Below are positions 53,258-61,679 of a stretch of 64,000 bases of DNA, piece after piece. Source of the DNA: Lentisphaerota bacterium (lineage in GTDB: Bacteria; Verrucomicrobiota; Lentisphaeria; Victivallales; Victivallaceae); the NCBI GenBank assembly GCA_015061545.1, contig SUWJ01000011.1:2035-66034 (forward strand). The letters are read 5' to 3'. The notes beneath the pieces are model-generated. The model had not been told where the DNA came from, ran no database searches, and saw only the letters and a program-made list of their open reading frames with translations. Each line of letters opens with the position of its first letter. The stretch's first letter is position 1. Made by a program: the position numbers and the translations under genes.

Positions 53258-54154
53258 TTATCGGGCGGCATGGCGGAAATCGCGGGGTGTCATGCCGGTA
53301 CGTTTGCGGAAACGCAATATGAAGTAGCTGGAGTCGGTAAAGCCGCATTGGATGGCGATTTCGCCAATGCTTTGGCTGCCTTGCGTAAGCATAATGCAAG
53401 CGTGTCGCATCCTTACCGACAAGAGATAATCCATGGGGGAGGTGTTGAAGATTTTTTTGAATTCCCTGTACAGGATGGGGCGGGACAGTTTGGTGATTTT
53501 GCACATATCTTCCACCGACCATTGGCGGGAGAATTTATTTTCCAGCTCTTCAGCCAATTTGCTCAAGCGGGTAACATCGGTCGTCGGCTCGTACTTGAAT
53601 GAGTCAGCAAAACCGCGGCAGAGAAAATCCAGCAGCAGCATGAACTGGGCCTGAGCGGAGAACCTCATACCCGGAATTTTTTTAGCCAGCGTGGTGTGCA
53701 GTTCCCGCGACATAATGCGGGCTTTTTCAAAGGCTTCGGGTTTCAGGTGGCAGAAACAGCGCTGCAGCTTCGAGGCTTTGGGGCGGGGGAACAGATCTTC
53801 CGCCCCCGGTACTGTATGCAGATCCTGCATGGGGATATTCAGCCTGGCAGGGTTGAAAAGTATGTTGAAATAGCGCAAATCAATCAGACTTTCGTAGCGG
53901 TGTACAATACCTTCCGGCACGATCAGCAGATCGCCGACTCCGATGGGATGGCGGAAATTGTCGATGTAGTGAACTCCCCGCCCGTTGGTGATCAAAACCA
54001 TTTCCGTAAAATTGCGGTGTGCGTGAAATTTGTGCTGAAAATACTGATGCACCTCCTTGACTTCCAGCGGAAAATCAGGATCGGGGAAGGCATCTGCTTC
54101 CGACAACAGCAGAATATCATCGGGAGCATCCAATTGTAATTCCATAGCAGCCAT
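53258..54154 (-). CDS. AraC family transcriptional regulator (cupin sensor plus HTH)
   Basis: N-terminal cupin-like region (MVLITNGRGVHYID...LLIVPEGIVHRYE) and a C-terminal SIGEIAIQCGFTDSSYFILRFRKRTGMTPRDFR. It is divergent from the glycosidase operon. Confidence 0.88.
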   Translation of the reverse strand: MAAMELQLDAPDDILLLSEADAFPDPDFPLEVKEVHQYFQHKFHAHRNFTEMVLITNGRGVHYIDNFRHPIGVGDLLIVPEGIVHRYESLIDLRYFNILFNPARLNIPMQDLHTVPGAEDLFPRPKASKLQRCFCHLKPEAFEKARIMSRELHTTLAKKIPGMRFSAQAQFMLLLDFLCRGFADSFKYEPTTDVTRLSKLAEELENKFSRQWSVEDMCKITKLSRPILYREFKKIFNTSPMDYLLSVRMRHACIMLTQGSQSIGEIAIQCGFTDSSYFILRFRKRTGMTPRDFRHAAR

Positions 54155-54353
54155 AATATATAAAAGATATAACCGGATGGGATTTTTGCAAGTCAGAAAC
54201 GTTTTTTTTATAGATTTATGCCGCCGAAAACCGTAATTTTATAAAAAAAATGAAAAGTTTATACAATAATTATATAAAAAGGAATTTTTGTTATAGAAAA
54301 TGGTAAAAAAATATATTAAACTATACATAGACAAAAAAAGAAAGGGGTTTTCA

Positions 54354-57161
54354 ATGAAAAAATTTTTGACGATGCTGCTTTTTGCGGCAACAGCGGCAAG
54401 CGTGTTGGCGTCAGTAGTGCGCAATGCCGACTGGTCGCAGAAAACAGGCAGCAGCATTATTGATTGGACGGCTAAACCCAACAGCTCTTATGTCAGTGTT
54501 TCCGACGGAGTGCTGACATTGAATCAGGGGGGATTGGTTTGGCAGTCGCAGCTGAAACTGGAAGTCGGTAAAACCTATATCTTTGAGTGCGAAGTTGCGG
54601 GGGAAGCCGATGGCAAGGCAATGTTTTACTGCGATTACCGCAATCAGGCGGATCAGCTGCGGAGCTACCGCGGGCGGGAGTTTGCAGTTTCCGGGAATTA
54701 TCAGAAAAACGGCTTCAACTTTACCGTGCCTCAGGGCAGCAAGGGTTATGCCGTGATTCTGCGCTCGAACCAAGGCAAGGTGTCGTTCCGGAATTTGAAG
54801 ATAACCGAAGTGAAAACCTCCAAGCTGGTTGGTGCGATACGCAATCCCGACTGGTCGGCGGTCAATGGGGCTTTTCCGGTTGATTGGTCGATCCGTCCGG
54901 CGAGTGCCGGGGTCGTGAGCGTTAAAGATGGCGTACTGCATCTCAAGAGTACCGACAGCAAGCAGGCGGTGCTGGCGATTCAGGACAAACTGCCCATGCG
55001 GGGCGGTTCGGTTTACCGGGCTGAATGCCGCATCAAGTCAGAAAGCAAGAGCGATGTTATGTTCTATATAGAATACCGCAACGCTTCGGGCCGTCTGGTG
55101 GCAACCAATGCGGTGTGGCGCAAAACCATTCCGGGATGGGAAAGACATACATTCAATGTCCGTCTGCCCGAAAATATTCAGGGGCAGCCCTACATTGTGC
55201 TGCGTCCTGCGGTGGGCGGCGAAGCCGAGTTCAAAGATCTCTCGCTCAAAGAACTGGCAACTGCCAAAGATGTTCCGCTGCTGGGCGGGGTAATGCGCGG
55301 AATCATCCGTCAGGAATCTCCGATTATAGTTTCGCTGGAAGATTCGCCCGCCAAGCAGGTTGCTGCGGCGCACCGCAATGTGCCGATCACTCCGGGCAAG
55401 AGCTGTGTTTATAACTTTTCCATCCGTGGGGAAGGCGTATCCGGGCATAACACCGGGTTCCACATTTACCGTGTGGAAGTGGTGCTGGGCGACGGGTCGA
55501 TCCTGACTTTCAGCTGGGACGATACCTGGAACGACCGCAAGCAGTTCAAAACCCTTAAATTTATTGTGCCTGACAAGCCGGAAAACAATTCGATGACCGT
55601 GAATTTTTACGCCAACAGCAAGGGCAAGATCGTACTCGAAGATTTCAAGGTTGCCTGCAACGAAATCGACCCGGCGGAAAACTACTACTTTGTGATGAAA
55701 TCGCCGGTCTGCCGCGATACCTTCTTCGGTGCGACCGATACTATGACTTGTTCCGGCGAAGTCAATGCCTACTCTGCGCCCCAAGCCGACAGCGTGCAGC
55801 TTAAGGATGCTGAAGGCAAAGTGGTCAAGCAAAGCAAGATCAACTGGAACGGCAAGCTGTTTGCCAATTTTGATCTGGAACTGGGCAAACTTGCTTACGG
55901 AAATTACTCTTTGCAGCTTTTGCAGGACAACAAAGTTTTGATCTCGCGGGTAATCAAGGTTATTCCCGAAGGTAAAAACATGGTTACTTATAATGCTGAC
56001 AAGCAGATACTCTTTAACGGCAAGCCGTTCTTTGTTAATCTGATCTGGTGGAATCCGCCCAACTACGGCGATAATCTCAAGTCGCTGCAGCAGATTGCCG
56101 ATAACGGTATAACGGTTTCGCGCGTGACCGCTGCCAGTACCGAAGCAGTTGTCAAGTGTTTGGATAATTTTGAAAAAGCCGGTATCAAGGCTATGCTTGA
56201 TGTAGGTTTGACTTTTTATCAGATCAACCGCAGAAAGGATCCCAAGGCAGTCGGCCATGTGGTGACTCCTGAATTTATTGAAGAATTTCTGATCGATGAA
56301 ATCAAAAATCACCCTGCTTTGATGGGGTATCACCTGATCGACGAACCCATGTGGGGCGGCGTGCCGGTTGAACCGCTGTTGGCTGCATACAACAAATTGC
56401 GCGAACTCGATCCTTATCACCCGGTATGGATCAACGCGGCTCCGCGCGGCGAAATATCCGGCCACCGTATTTACAGCGGCGCAGCCGACTGGTACGGGCT
56501 GGATATCTACCCGGTGCCTGCGCCCAACAGTCACTCCAATCTGGATGACCAGAACCTGACCAGCGTAGGCAAATACACCCGCCGCATGGTCGAAGCGGTG
56601 AACAACCGCAAGCCGGTGGTTATGACTTTGCAGGCGTTTTCGTGGTACAGTTATTCGTTCCGCAAAGACAAAAGCTTCAAGGATAACGGCAAGGATTATC
56701 CTACTGTTGAACAGCTGCGCTTTATGTCCTTCGATGCCTTGACCTGCGGTTCGGCGGGGTTGGCATGGTGGGGGATTCACTATGCGCGCAGTAAGGCGTT
56801 TATAAATGATTATATGAAAGTTATGTGCGAATTTTACGAGCTTTCGGGCATACTGGCGGCGGGCAAGCGTTCGCAGGCGGTGGAAAAAGATGGCATCCGT
56901 TACTGCGATTACACGCTTGATAACTGCAAACTCTACGTTGTGCTGAATATTACCGACAAACCGCAAACCGCAGTGCTGCCCGCATTTGCCGGCGGCAAGG
57001 CGCTGGATTGGTACAGCAAAGATAATGCTTCTGCCGGAAGCAAGGTCGGAATGACCCCGTTTGCTGTTAAAGTGTATGTAACCGGAACCATGCCGGAAGC
57101 AGCCTATAAACTGCCCGTAACCGGCGGTGCCGCTACAGAATATACTAAAGGCCTCCAATAA
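54354..57161 (+). CDS. secreted multi-domain glycosidase-like protein: tandem CBM-like beta-sandwich modules plus clan GH-A-like TIM barrel
   Basis: Signal peptide MKKFLTMLLFAATAASVLASV. Two clearly homologous ~135-aa modules (VRNADWSQKTGSSIIDWTAKP...VSDGVLTLNQ and IRNPDWSAVNGAFPVDWSIRP...VKDGVLHLKS) and a third related module. The catalytic-like region carries GYHLIDEPMWG. Confidence 0.78.
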   Translation: MKKFLTMLLFAATAASVLASVVRNADWSQKTGSSIIDWTAKPNSSYVSVSDGVLTLNQGGLVWQSQLKLEVGKTYIFECEVAGEADGKAMFYCDYRNQADQLRSYRGREFAVSGNYQKNGFNFTVPQGSKGYAVILRSNQGKVSFRNLKITEVKTSKLVGAIRNPDWSAVNGAFPVDWSIRPASAGVVSVKDGVLHLKSTDSKQAVLAIQDKLPMRGGSVYRAECRIKSESKSDVMFYIEYRNASGRLVATNAVWRKTIPGWERHTFNVRLPENIQGQPYIVLRPAVGGEAEFKDLSLKELATAKDVPLLGGVMRGIIRQESPIIVSLEDSPAKQVAAAHRNVPITPGKSCVYNFSIRGEGVSGHNTGFHIYRVEVVLGDGSILTFSWDDTWNDRKQFKTLKFIVPDKPENNSMTVNFYANSKGKIVLEDFKVACNEIDPAENYYFVMKSPVCRDTFFGATDTMTCSGEVNAYSAPQADSVQLKDAEGKVVKQSKINWNGKLFANFDLELGKLAYGNYSLQLLQDNKVLISRVIKVIPEGKNMVTYNADKQILFNGKPFFVNLIWWNPPNYGDNLKSLQQIADNGITVSRVTAASTEAVVKCLDNFEKAGIKAMLDVGLTFYQINRRKDPKAVGHVVTPEFIEEFLIDEIKNHPALMGYHLIDEPMWGGVPVEPLLAAYNKLRELDPYHPVWINAAPRGEISGHRIYSGAADWYGLDIYPVPAPNSHSNLDDQNLTSVGKYTRRMVEAVNNRKPVVMTLQAFSWYSYSFRKDKSFKDNGKDYPTVEQLRFMSFDALTCGSAGLAWWGIHYARSKAFINDYMKVMCEFYELSGILAAGKRSQAVEKDGIRYCDYTLDNCKLYVVLNITDKPQTAVLPAFAGGKALDWYSKDNASAGSKVGMTPFAVKVYVTGTMPEAAYKLPVTGGAATEYTKGLQ

Positions 57162-57191
57162 TAAAACAAAACCTAACCAAGGAGAAGAAAA

Positions 57192-57932
57192 ATGAAAAAA
57201 TTTAACCGTTCCGAAAATTCCCGCCATGGCGGGGTGAAGTTCATGAACTTCACCCTTATTGAACTCCTCGTGGTGATCGCCATTATTGCGATTCTGGCAG
57301 CCATGCTGCTGCCCGCGTTGAGTGCCGCCCGCGAACGCGCCCGTACTTCCAACTGCTTGAGCAACCTCAAAAATATCGGTCTTGCGCAGACGATGTATAC
57401 CGCTGATAATAAAGATATTGTCTGTTATTGTGTTGAATCGGAAAACGCTTTGAGCCATAATAACTCCTGGGGAAAAAACAATACCTGGGTCAATTTGACC
57501 ATGCCTTACTTCAGCGTTGATAAGCTGGAAGCTAAAAAGCCCGTCCTGACTTGTCCGAGCTTTTCTTCGCGTATTTCTGATATTACCCATCATGTGACTG
57601 ACTACTGTATGGCTTATTTTGCTTGCGGTATCGCTTTGGGGTCGATCAAGAACCCCGCCGGCAGTATGCTTAACATGGATAGCGGACGACTTGCCGATAC
57701 CGACAAGTATTGTTACAGAGTGGTGCATTGCAGCTATATTCCCGTCGCGTCTATGCAGAACGACCTCAAGCGTCACGGCAACAATGTGAACGTGGTCTAT
57801 TTTGATGGTCACGCTACCGGCGAATCCTACAAAGCGATCATCGCTTCGGGCAGCACTAAGTGGAATACCGGGAAGACCATCTTCTGGGATCCGCAGCAGC
57901 GCTTCGGCACCAAGAATCTGGGCGAAGAATAA
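57192..57932 (+). CDS. pseudopilin-like protein: prepilin-type N-terminal domain plus exact C-terminal H-X9-DG motif
   Basis: AAGGAGAAG Shine-Dalgarno. Protein reads [55 protein letters not shown], with TMYTADNKD and [15 protein letters not shown] (His codon 57774, Asp-Gly 57804-57809). Confidence 0.88.
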   Translation: MKKFNRSENSRHGGVKFMNFTLIELLVVIAIIAILAAMLLPALSAARERARTSNCLSNLKNIGLAQTMYTADNKDIVCYCVESENALSHNNSWGKNNTWVNLTMPYFSVDKLEAKKPVLTCPSFSSRISDITHHVTDYCMAYFACGIALGSIKNPAGSMLNMDSGRLADTDKYCYRVVHCSYIPVASMQNDLKRHGNNVNVVYFDGHATGESYKAIIASGSTKWNTGKTIFWDPQQRFGTKNLGEE

Positions 57933-58146
57933 TTCTTTTGCCAAAAGTACATGATCGGTGCTTGAAAAATTGATTTCAGGCACTATCTTATTGAGTCGGG
58001 GAGGGCGATATAAGCACTTCCCGACTTGAGTGTTTATGACCAACAGCTCTGCTTCAGGAGTTGCGGATGGGGAAAAACTTTTGAACGGGTTTTGCTCCGC
58101 CCGCAAATTCTGAAGAATAAATCAAAATACAACCCAAAGATAAAAT

Positions 58147-60483
58147 ATGGATTTCAGCAAACTTAATCGGCTGTGGGTGAATGATCTCGCAGGCAGGGAA
58201 AATATTCACAGCGTGGCGATTTTCCGCCGCAGTTTCGTTCTGGATTCGCCGTTGCAGAATGGCGTGCTTTATATTGCTGCCGACAGCGATTTTATTGTGT
58301 CGCTCGACGGCGTGGAGCTGCGGCGCGGTCAGTTCAGCGATGACCCGTTGCGGAAAACTTTTACCCGCATCCAACTGCCGGACTTGAGCTGCGGCAAACA
58401 TCTGCTGGCAGTCAAGGTCTACTATTGCGGAAGCGACTTTGCCACTTATTCGCCCGGTTTGCCGGGGCTTTATATCGCTTTGGAAGGCGGGGCGTTTGAG
58501 CTTCTTGGCGATGAAAATTTCAAATGCGCCTGGGATAACTCTTTCCAACGCGGCAAATGCGCGGTTACAACTCCGCAGCTGGGCTTTACCACCCAATACG
58601 ATTTGCGCGCTGCCGAAGCGTGGGATTCGCCTGAATTGGATGATTCGGCGTGGCAGGCAAGCTGCGTTCTGGCGCCCGATAAAGATGTGATTATGAGTAT
58701 GCGCCCCGCTGCCCCGCAGCCTTGTATGCGCAAATTTGTCGACGGCAAGCTGGTTGCTTGGGGGATGATCCAGAAATCGCCGCTGAAGTTTGACGGACTC
58801 AATCCCGGCGAAATCATGGCGGCTGCCTGCTGCTACCGCGAGGTGGAAAATAAGGTTCTGCCCTGTACTCTTGCCCCCCACGAAGGGTACGGCACTGAAA
58901 CTGACGGACTCTGGCTGATTGCCGATCTGGGTTACGAAGAAACCGGATTTATTGAATTTGAACTGGATGCTCCGGCGGGGGCGGAGATTTGTTACGCTCA
59001 CGGCGAACATATTGTTGACGGGCATATCCGCAGCGACCTCTTTTACCGCTGCTTTGCCGACAAGGTCATCTGGCGGGGCGGTCACGGGGTTTTTCAGCTG
59101 CCTTTCCGCAGAGTCGGGGCGCGTTATCTGGAGCTGCATATAAGATATTCGGCAGAAGATTACAGCGTAATCGTCCGGCGCGTCGGGTTGGTTCCGTGGC
59201 GGCTGCCGCTGACGCTTGATAAGGATTTCGAGTGCAGCAGCACGGAGTTCGAGCTGCTGTACAAAAATGCGCGGCATACGCTGGAACTTTGTATGCACGA
59301 TCATTACGAGGATTGTCCGTGGCGCGAACAGGCGCTTTACAGCTACGACTCCCGCTGGCAGATGATTTACGGCTACTATATCTGGGGCAACTACGACTTT
59401 GCCGCCGCTGCGCTGGATTTGTTTGCGCCGGGGCAGAAAAGCGACGGGCATTTGCGGATTTGTGCGCCGACCCGCTTGGAACTGGTGATCCCGATTTACA
59501 GTTTTGTCTGGATCAACGCCCTTTATGAACACTATCTTTTCAGCGGCAGCAAGGCGGTTTTTGAGCGCAACAAAGCGTGTGCTCAAAAAATCGTACAGCT
59601 GATTTTAAGCCGTTACGACGAATCCGCGGGTTTGCTGCGGGAAGACGCTGGGAAAGATTTCTGGAACTTCTACGAATGGCGCGACCGGCTCAACGGTCAC
59701 GATAAAGACAGAGCCGGCAGCTTCTCGGCATTGTACAATCTTTATGCGGTTGCCGCGCTGGATGCGTGGAGCGCTTTATCCGGCGATTCAAGCAGCGAAA
59801 AGGTGGTCAAGTCGATCAAGGCAACTCTTCAAAGCCAGTTCTTCGATGCCGAAAAGGGCCTCTTTGCCAGTTCTATTGACAAGTCCGGCGATAAAAAATA
59901 TTTCCACGAACACACTCAGGCGCTGTTTATGCTTTACGCGTTGCTGCCCGATGAATTGCAAAAAGATCTGGCACAGCAGCTGGCAACGGGCGAAGCGGGC
60001 GTTGATGCCAGTTTAAGTTCGCTCTATTTAGTGACTGTTGCGCTGGAAAAATGCGGCATCGACGGTTCGACGATCCTTGCCAAGCTGATGAAATATTATT
60101 CGCCCATGCTGGAGAATAACACCGGTACTTTGTGGGAAACCGCCCGCGGCAGTATGGACTTCGGTTACGCAGGCAGTTTGTGTCACGGCTGGAGTTCGCT
60201 GCCGGTTTACGTTGCCAAAGCGCTGGTGCTGGGGGCAAAACCTCTGACCGCCGGTTGGAAAAAGTGCCGAATCGCGCCTCAATGCTGCAAACTTGAACAC
60301 GCTTGCGGCTCGATTCCCACGCCTTACGGCAATATTACAGTAGCGTGGCAGGGCGACGGCAATGCAATCAAATCCTTGCAGATAACCCATCCGGAAGCAA
60401 TCGAAGTCGAAGTAAACTGCCCCGCCGCCGAGGTAAATGTAACGGTGTTGAAAAACGGTTCTGTGGGGAAAAAACCTTTTTGA
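58147..60483 (+). CDS. GH78-like six-hairpin glycosidase (alpha-L-rhamnosidase family, divergent), cytoplasmic
   Basis: 778 aa with MHDHYEDCPWREQALYSYDSRWQ (the GH78 six-hairpin signature), LCHGWSSLP and a C-terminal beta domain. No signal peptide. Confidence 0.78.
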   Translation: MDFSKLNRLWVNDLAGRENIHSVAIFRRSFVLDSPLQNGVLYIAADSDFIVSLDGVELRRGQFSDDPLRKTFTRIQLPDLSCGKHLLAVKVYYCGSDFATYSPGLPGLYIALEGGAFELLGDENFKCAWDNSFQRGKCAVTTPQLGFTTQYDLRAAEAWDSPELDDSAWQASCVLAPDKDVIMSMRPAAPQPCMRKFVDGKLVAWGMIQKSPLKFDGLNPGEIMAAACCYREVENKVLPCTLAPHEGYGTETDGLWLIADLGYEETGFIEFELDAPAGAEICYAHGEHIVDGHIRSDLFYRCFADKVIWRGGHGVFQLPFRRVGARYLELHIRYSAEDYSVIVRRVGLVPWRLPLTLDKDFECSSTEFELLYKNARHTLELCMHDHYEDCPWREQALYSYDSRWQMIYGYYIWGNYDFAAAALDLFAPGQKSDGHLRICAPTRLELVIPIYSFVWINALYEHYLFSGSKAVFERNKACAQKIVQLILSRYDESAGLLREDAGKDFWNFYEWRDRLNGHDKDRAGSFSALYNLYAVAALDAWSALSGDSSSEKVVKSIKATLQSQFFDAEKGLFASSIDKSGDKKYFHEHTQALFMLYALLPDELQKDLAQQLATGEAGVDASLSSLYLVTVALEKCGIDGSTILAKLMKYYSPMLENNTGTLWETARGSMDFGYAGSLCHGWSSLPVYVAKALVLGAKPLTAGWKKCRIAPQCCKLEHACGSIPTPYGNITVAWQGDGNAIKSLQITHPEAIEVEVNCPAAEVNVTVLKNGSVGKKPF

Positions 60484-60528
60484 AAAAAGGTTCTTTTCCC
60501 CACACCCCATTTTCCAAAAACTTTCGCC

Positions 60529-60572
60529 GGAATTGCTTTTATTGTCTCAATAAAAGCAATTCCAACTTTTTT
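60529..60572 (+). terminator. intrinsic terminator after the GH78-like gene
   Basis: GGAATTGCTTTTATT (gtctc) AATAAAAGCAATTCC, a 15-bp perfect stem, then AAC and TTTTTT. Confidence 0.8.
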
Positions 60573-60660
60573 ATTATAAATAAAATGCAATATATTTCTT
60601 GCGAAGATTAAAACTGATGCATAGAAAAACAAGCTGTTCGGTTCTATCTTGCTGAAAGAA

Positions 60661-60704
60661 TAAAAATAAGACCGTTGCAACCCTTTTAAAGTTTTGCAAC
60701 GGTC
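60661..60704. terminator. bidirectional terminator (serves the minus-strand DUF4434-like gene)
   Basis: GACCGTTGCAA (13-nt loop) TTGCAACGGTC, an 11-bp perfect stem. On the minus strand it is followed by TTATTTTTA, and on the plus strand by CTATTTTCTTTT. Confidence 0.7.
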
Positions 60705-60741
60705 CTATTTTCTTTTAATTGCCGTAGTTTCCGGCGGATGC

Positions 60742-61662
60742 TCAATTCTGCATCTTTTTCAAATAGTTTTTATAGGTATTGTACAGACAACCAGCCGAGG
60801 AGTAGATCGAGTCGGGACTCATAAAGTGCGGCACTTCAAAGCTGATGACTTTGCTGACGTACTTTTGCGCCACTTCCAGCTTGTGGCGGAATTTTGCCCA
60901 CTCGATCGGCGGGAAGTGCCATGGCATATCCCGGTCGAAGGTTTCCAGATTGGTCCAGAATTCAGCTCCGTATTTCTGCATAAGCTCTGCAGTTACACTC
61001 ATGTAGCTTTCCAGCTGGTTAAAGTGAACATGGCCGTCCATAGGTGCATAGATGTTGATCAACCCTTCCATTTCGTTAAGGATATAATCGAAATGTTTGG
61101 CGTGAACATCCGGCGGGATCACGCAGCGCGGATCGTATTTCGGTCCGGCATAGCGGGGCGAAACCATGATCGGCCGCACCTTGTCAAAGGAACGGATCTT
61201 GTTGCAAAGCGGCTTCCAGATCCGGGTCTGATGGTGTTCCATAGAGCCTTCGTGACTCATGTACCAGCCTTTGAACGCAGGGTGATTGCCGTAACGCGCC
61301 ATAAGTTCGTCGATCAGATCCAGATTGACGGCGATTTCGTTTTCCCAATCGTTCAACAGCCAGAACTTGCAGGTATCGAACATACCCAGATAGATCCCGA
61401 CATTGTACTTTGCGCCCAGATCCAGCAGCAGCTGCACCATATCAGTATCGTTGTACAGCGTAGTTTTCATAACTTCGCTTTTGTAGCAGGAGCTGTCCTG
61501 CCAGCCGACGCGGATGATGTATGCTTCGTCGATGCCGATTTCGTTGTAGCGGGCAAATTCCCGTTCCCAAACGTCCGGAGTCCAGTTGTTGGAGGGTATG
61601 TCGCAGGCGATAGCGTCAATAAACGTACCGCTCAACGGAATAAATTTTTTTTCAGAATTCAT
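60742..61662 (-). CDS. DUF4434-like glycoside-hydrolase-fold (TIM barrel) protein
   Basis: 306 aa with LSGTFIDAIACDIPSNNW, IDEAYIIRVGWQDS, GIYLGMF and GWYMSHEG. The family assignment is from memory of DUF4434 features. No signal peptide. Confidence 0.6.
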   Translation of the reverse strand: MNSEKKFIPLSGTFIDAIACDIPSNNWTPDVWEREFARYNEIGIDEAYIIRVGWQDSSCYKSEVMKTTLYNDTDMVQLLLDLGAKYNVGIYLGMFDTCKFWLLNDWENEIAVNLDLIDELMARYGNHPAFKGWYMSHEGSMEHHQTRIWKPLCNKIRSFDKVRPIMVSPRYAGPKYDPRCVIPPDVHAKHFDYILNEMEGLINIYAPMDGHVHFNQLESYMSVTAELMQKYGAEFWTNLETFDRDMPWHFPPIEWAKFRHKLEVAQKYVSKVISFEVPHFMSPDSIYSSAGCLYNTYKNYLKKMQN

Positions 61663-61679
61663 GGTAACAATTTTTTCAT

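Noticed and set aside
57994-58026. Hairpin AGTCGGGGAG/CTTCCCGACT after the second pseudopilin gene, as a terminator
   Set aside because: It is a 10-bp stem with one G.U, but no T-run follows, and the GH78-like gene starts 120 nt downstream in the same orientation. Read-through or operon continuity is at least as likely, so it is not listed as a feature.
55038-58106. 1022-aa minus-strand ORF, the longest in the track
   Set aside because: It is exactly codon-aligned antisense to two well-supported plus-strand genes (signal peptide, CBM repeats, prepilin N-terminus, strong Shine-Dalgarno sites). It crosses their intergenic spacer. Its composition is R/H/F/G/V-rich with no motifs, and it has no plausible RBS. 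It is a shadow ORF produced by avoidance of TTA/CTA/TCA sense codons.
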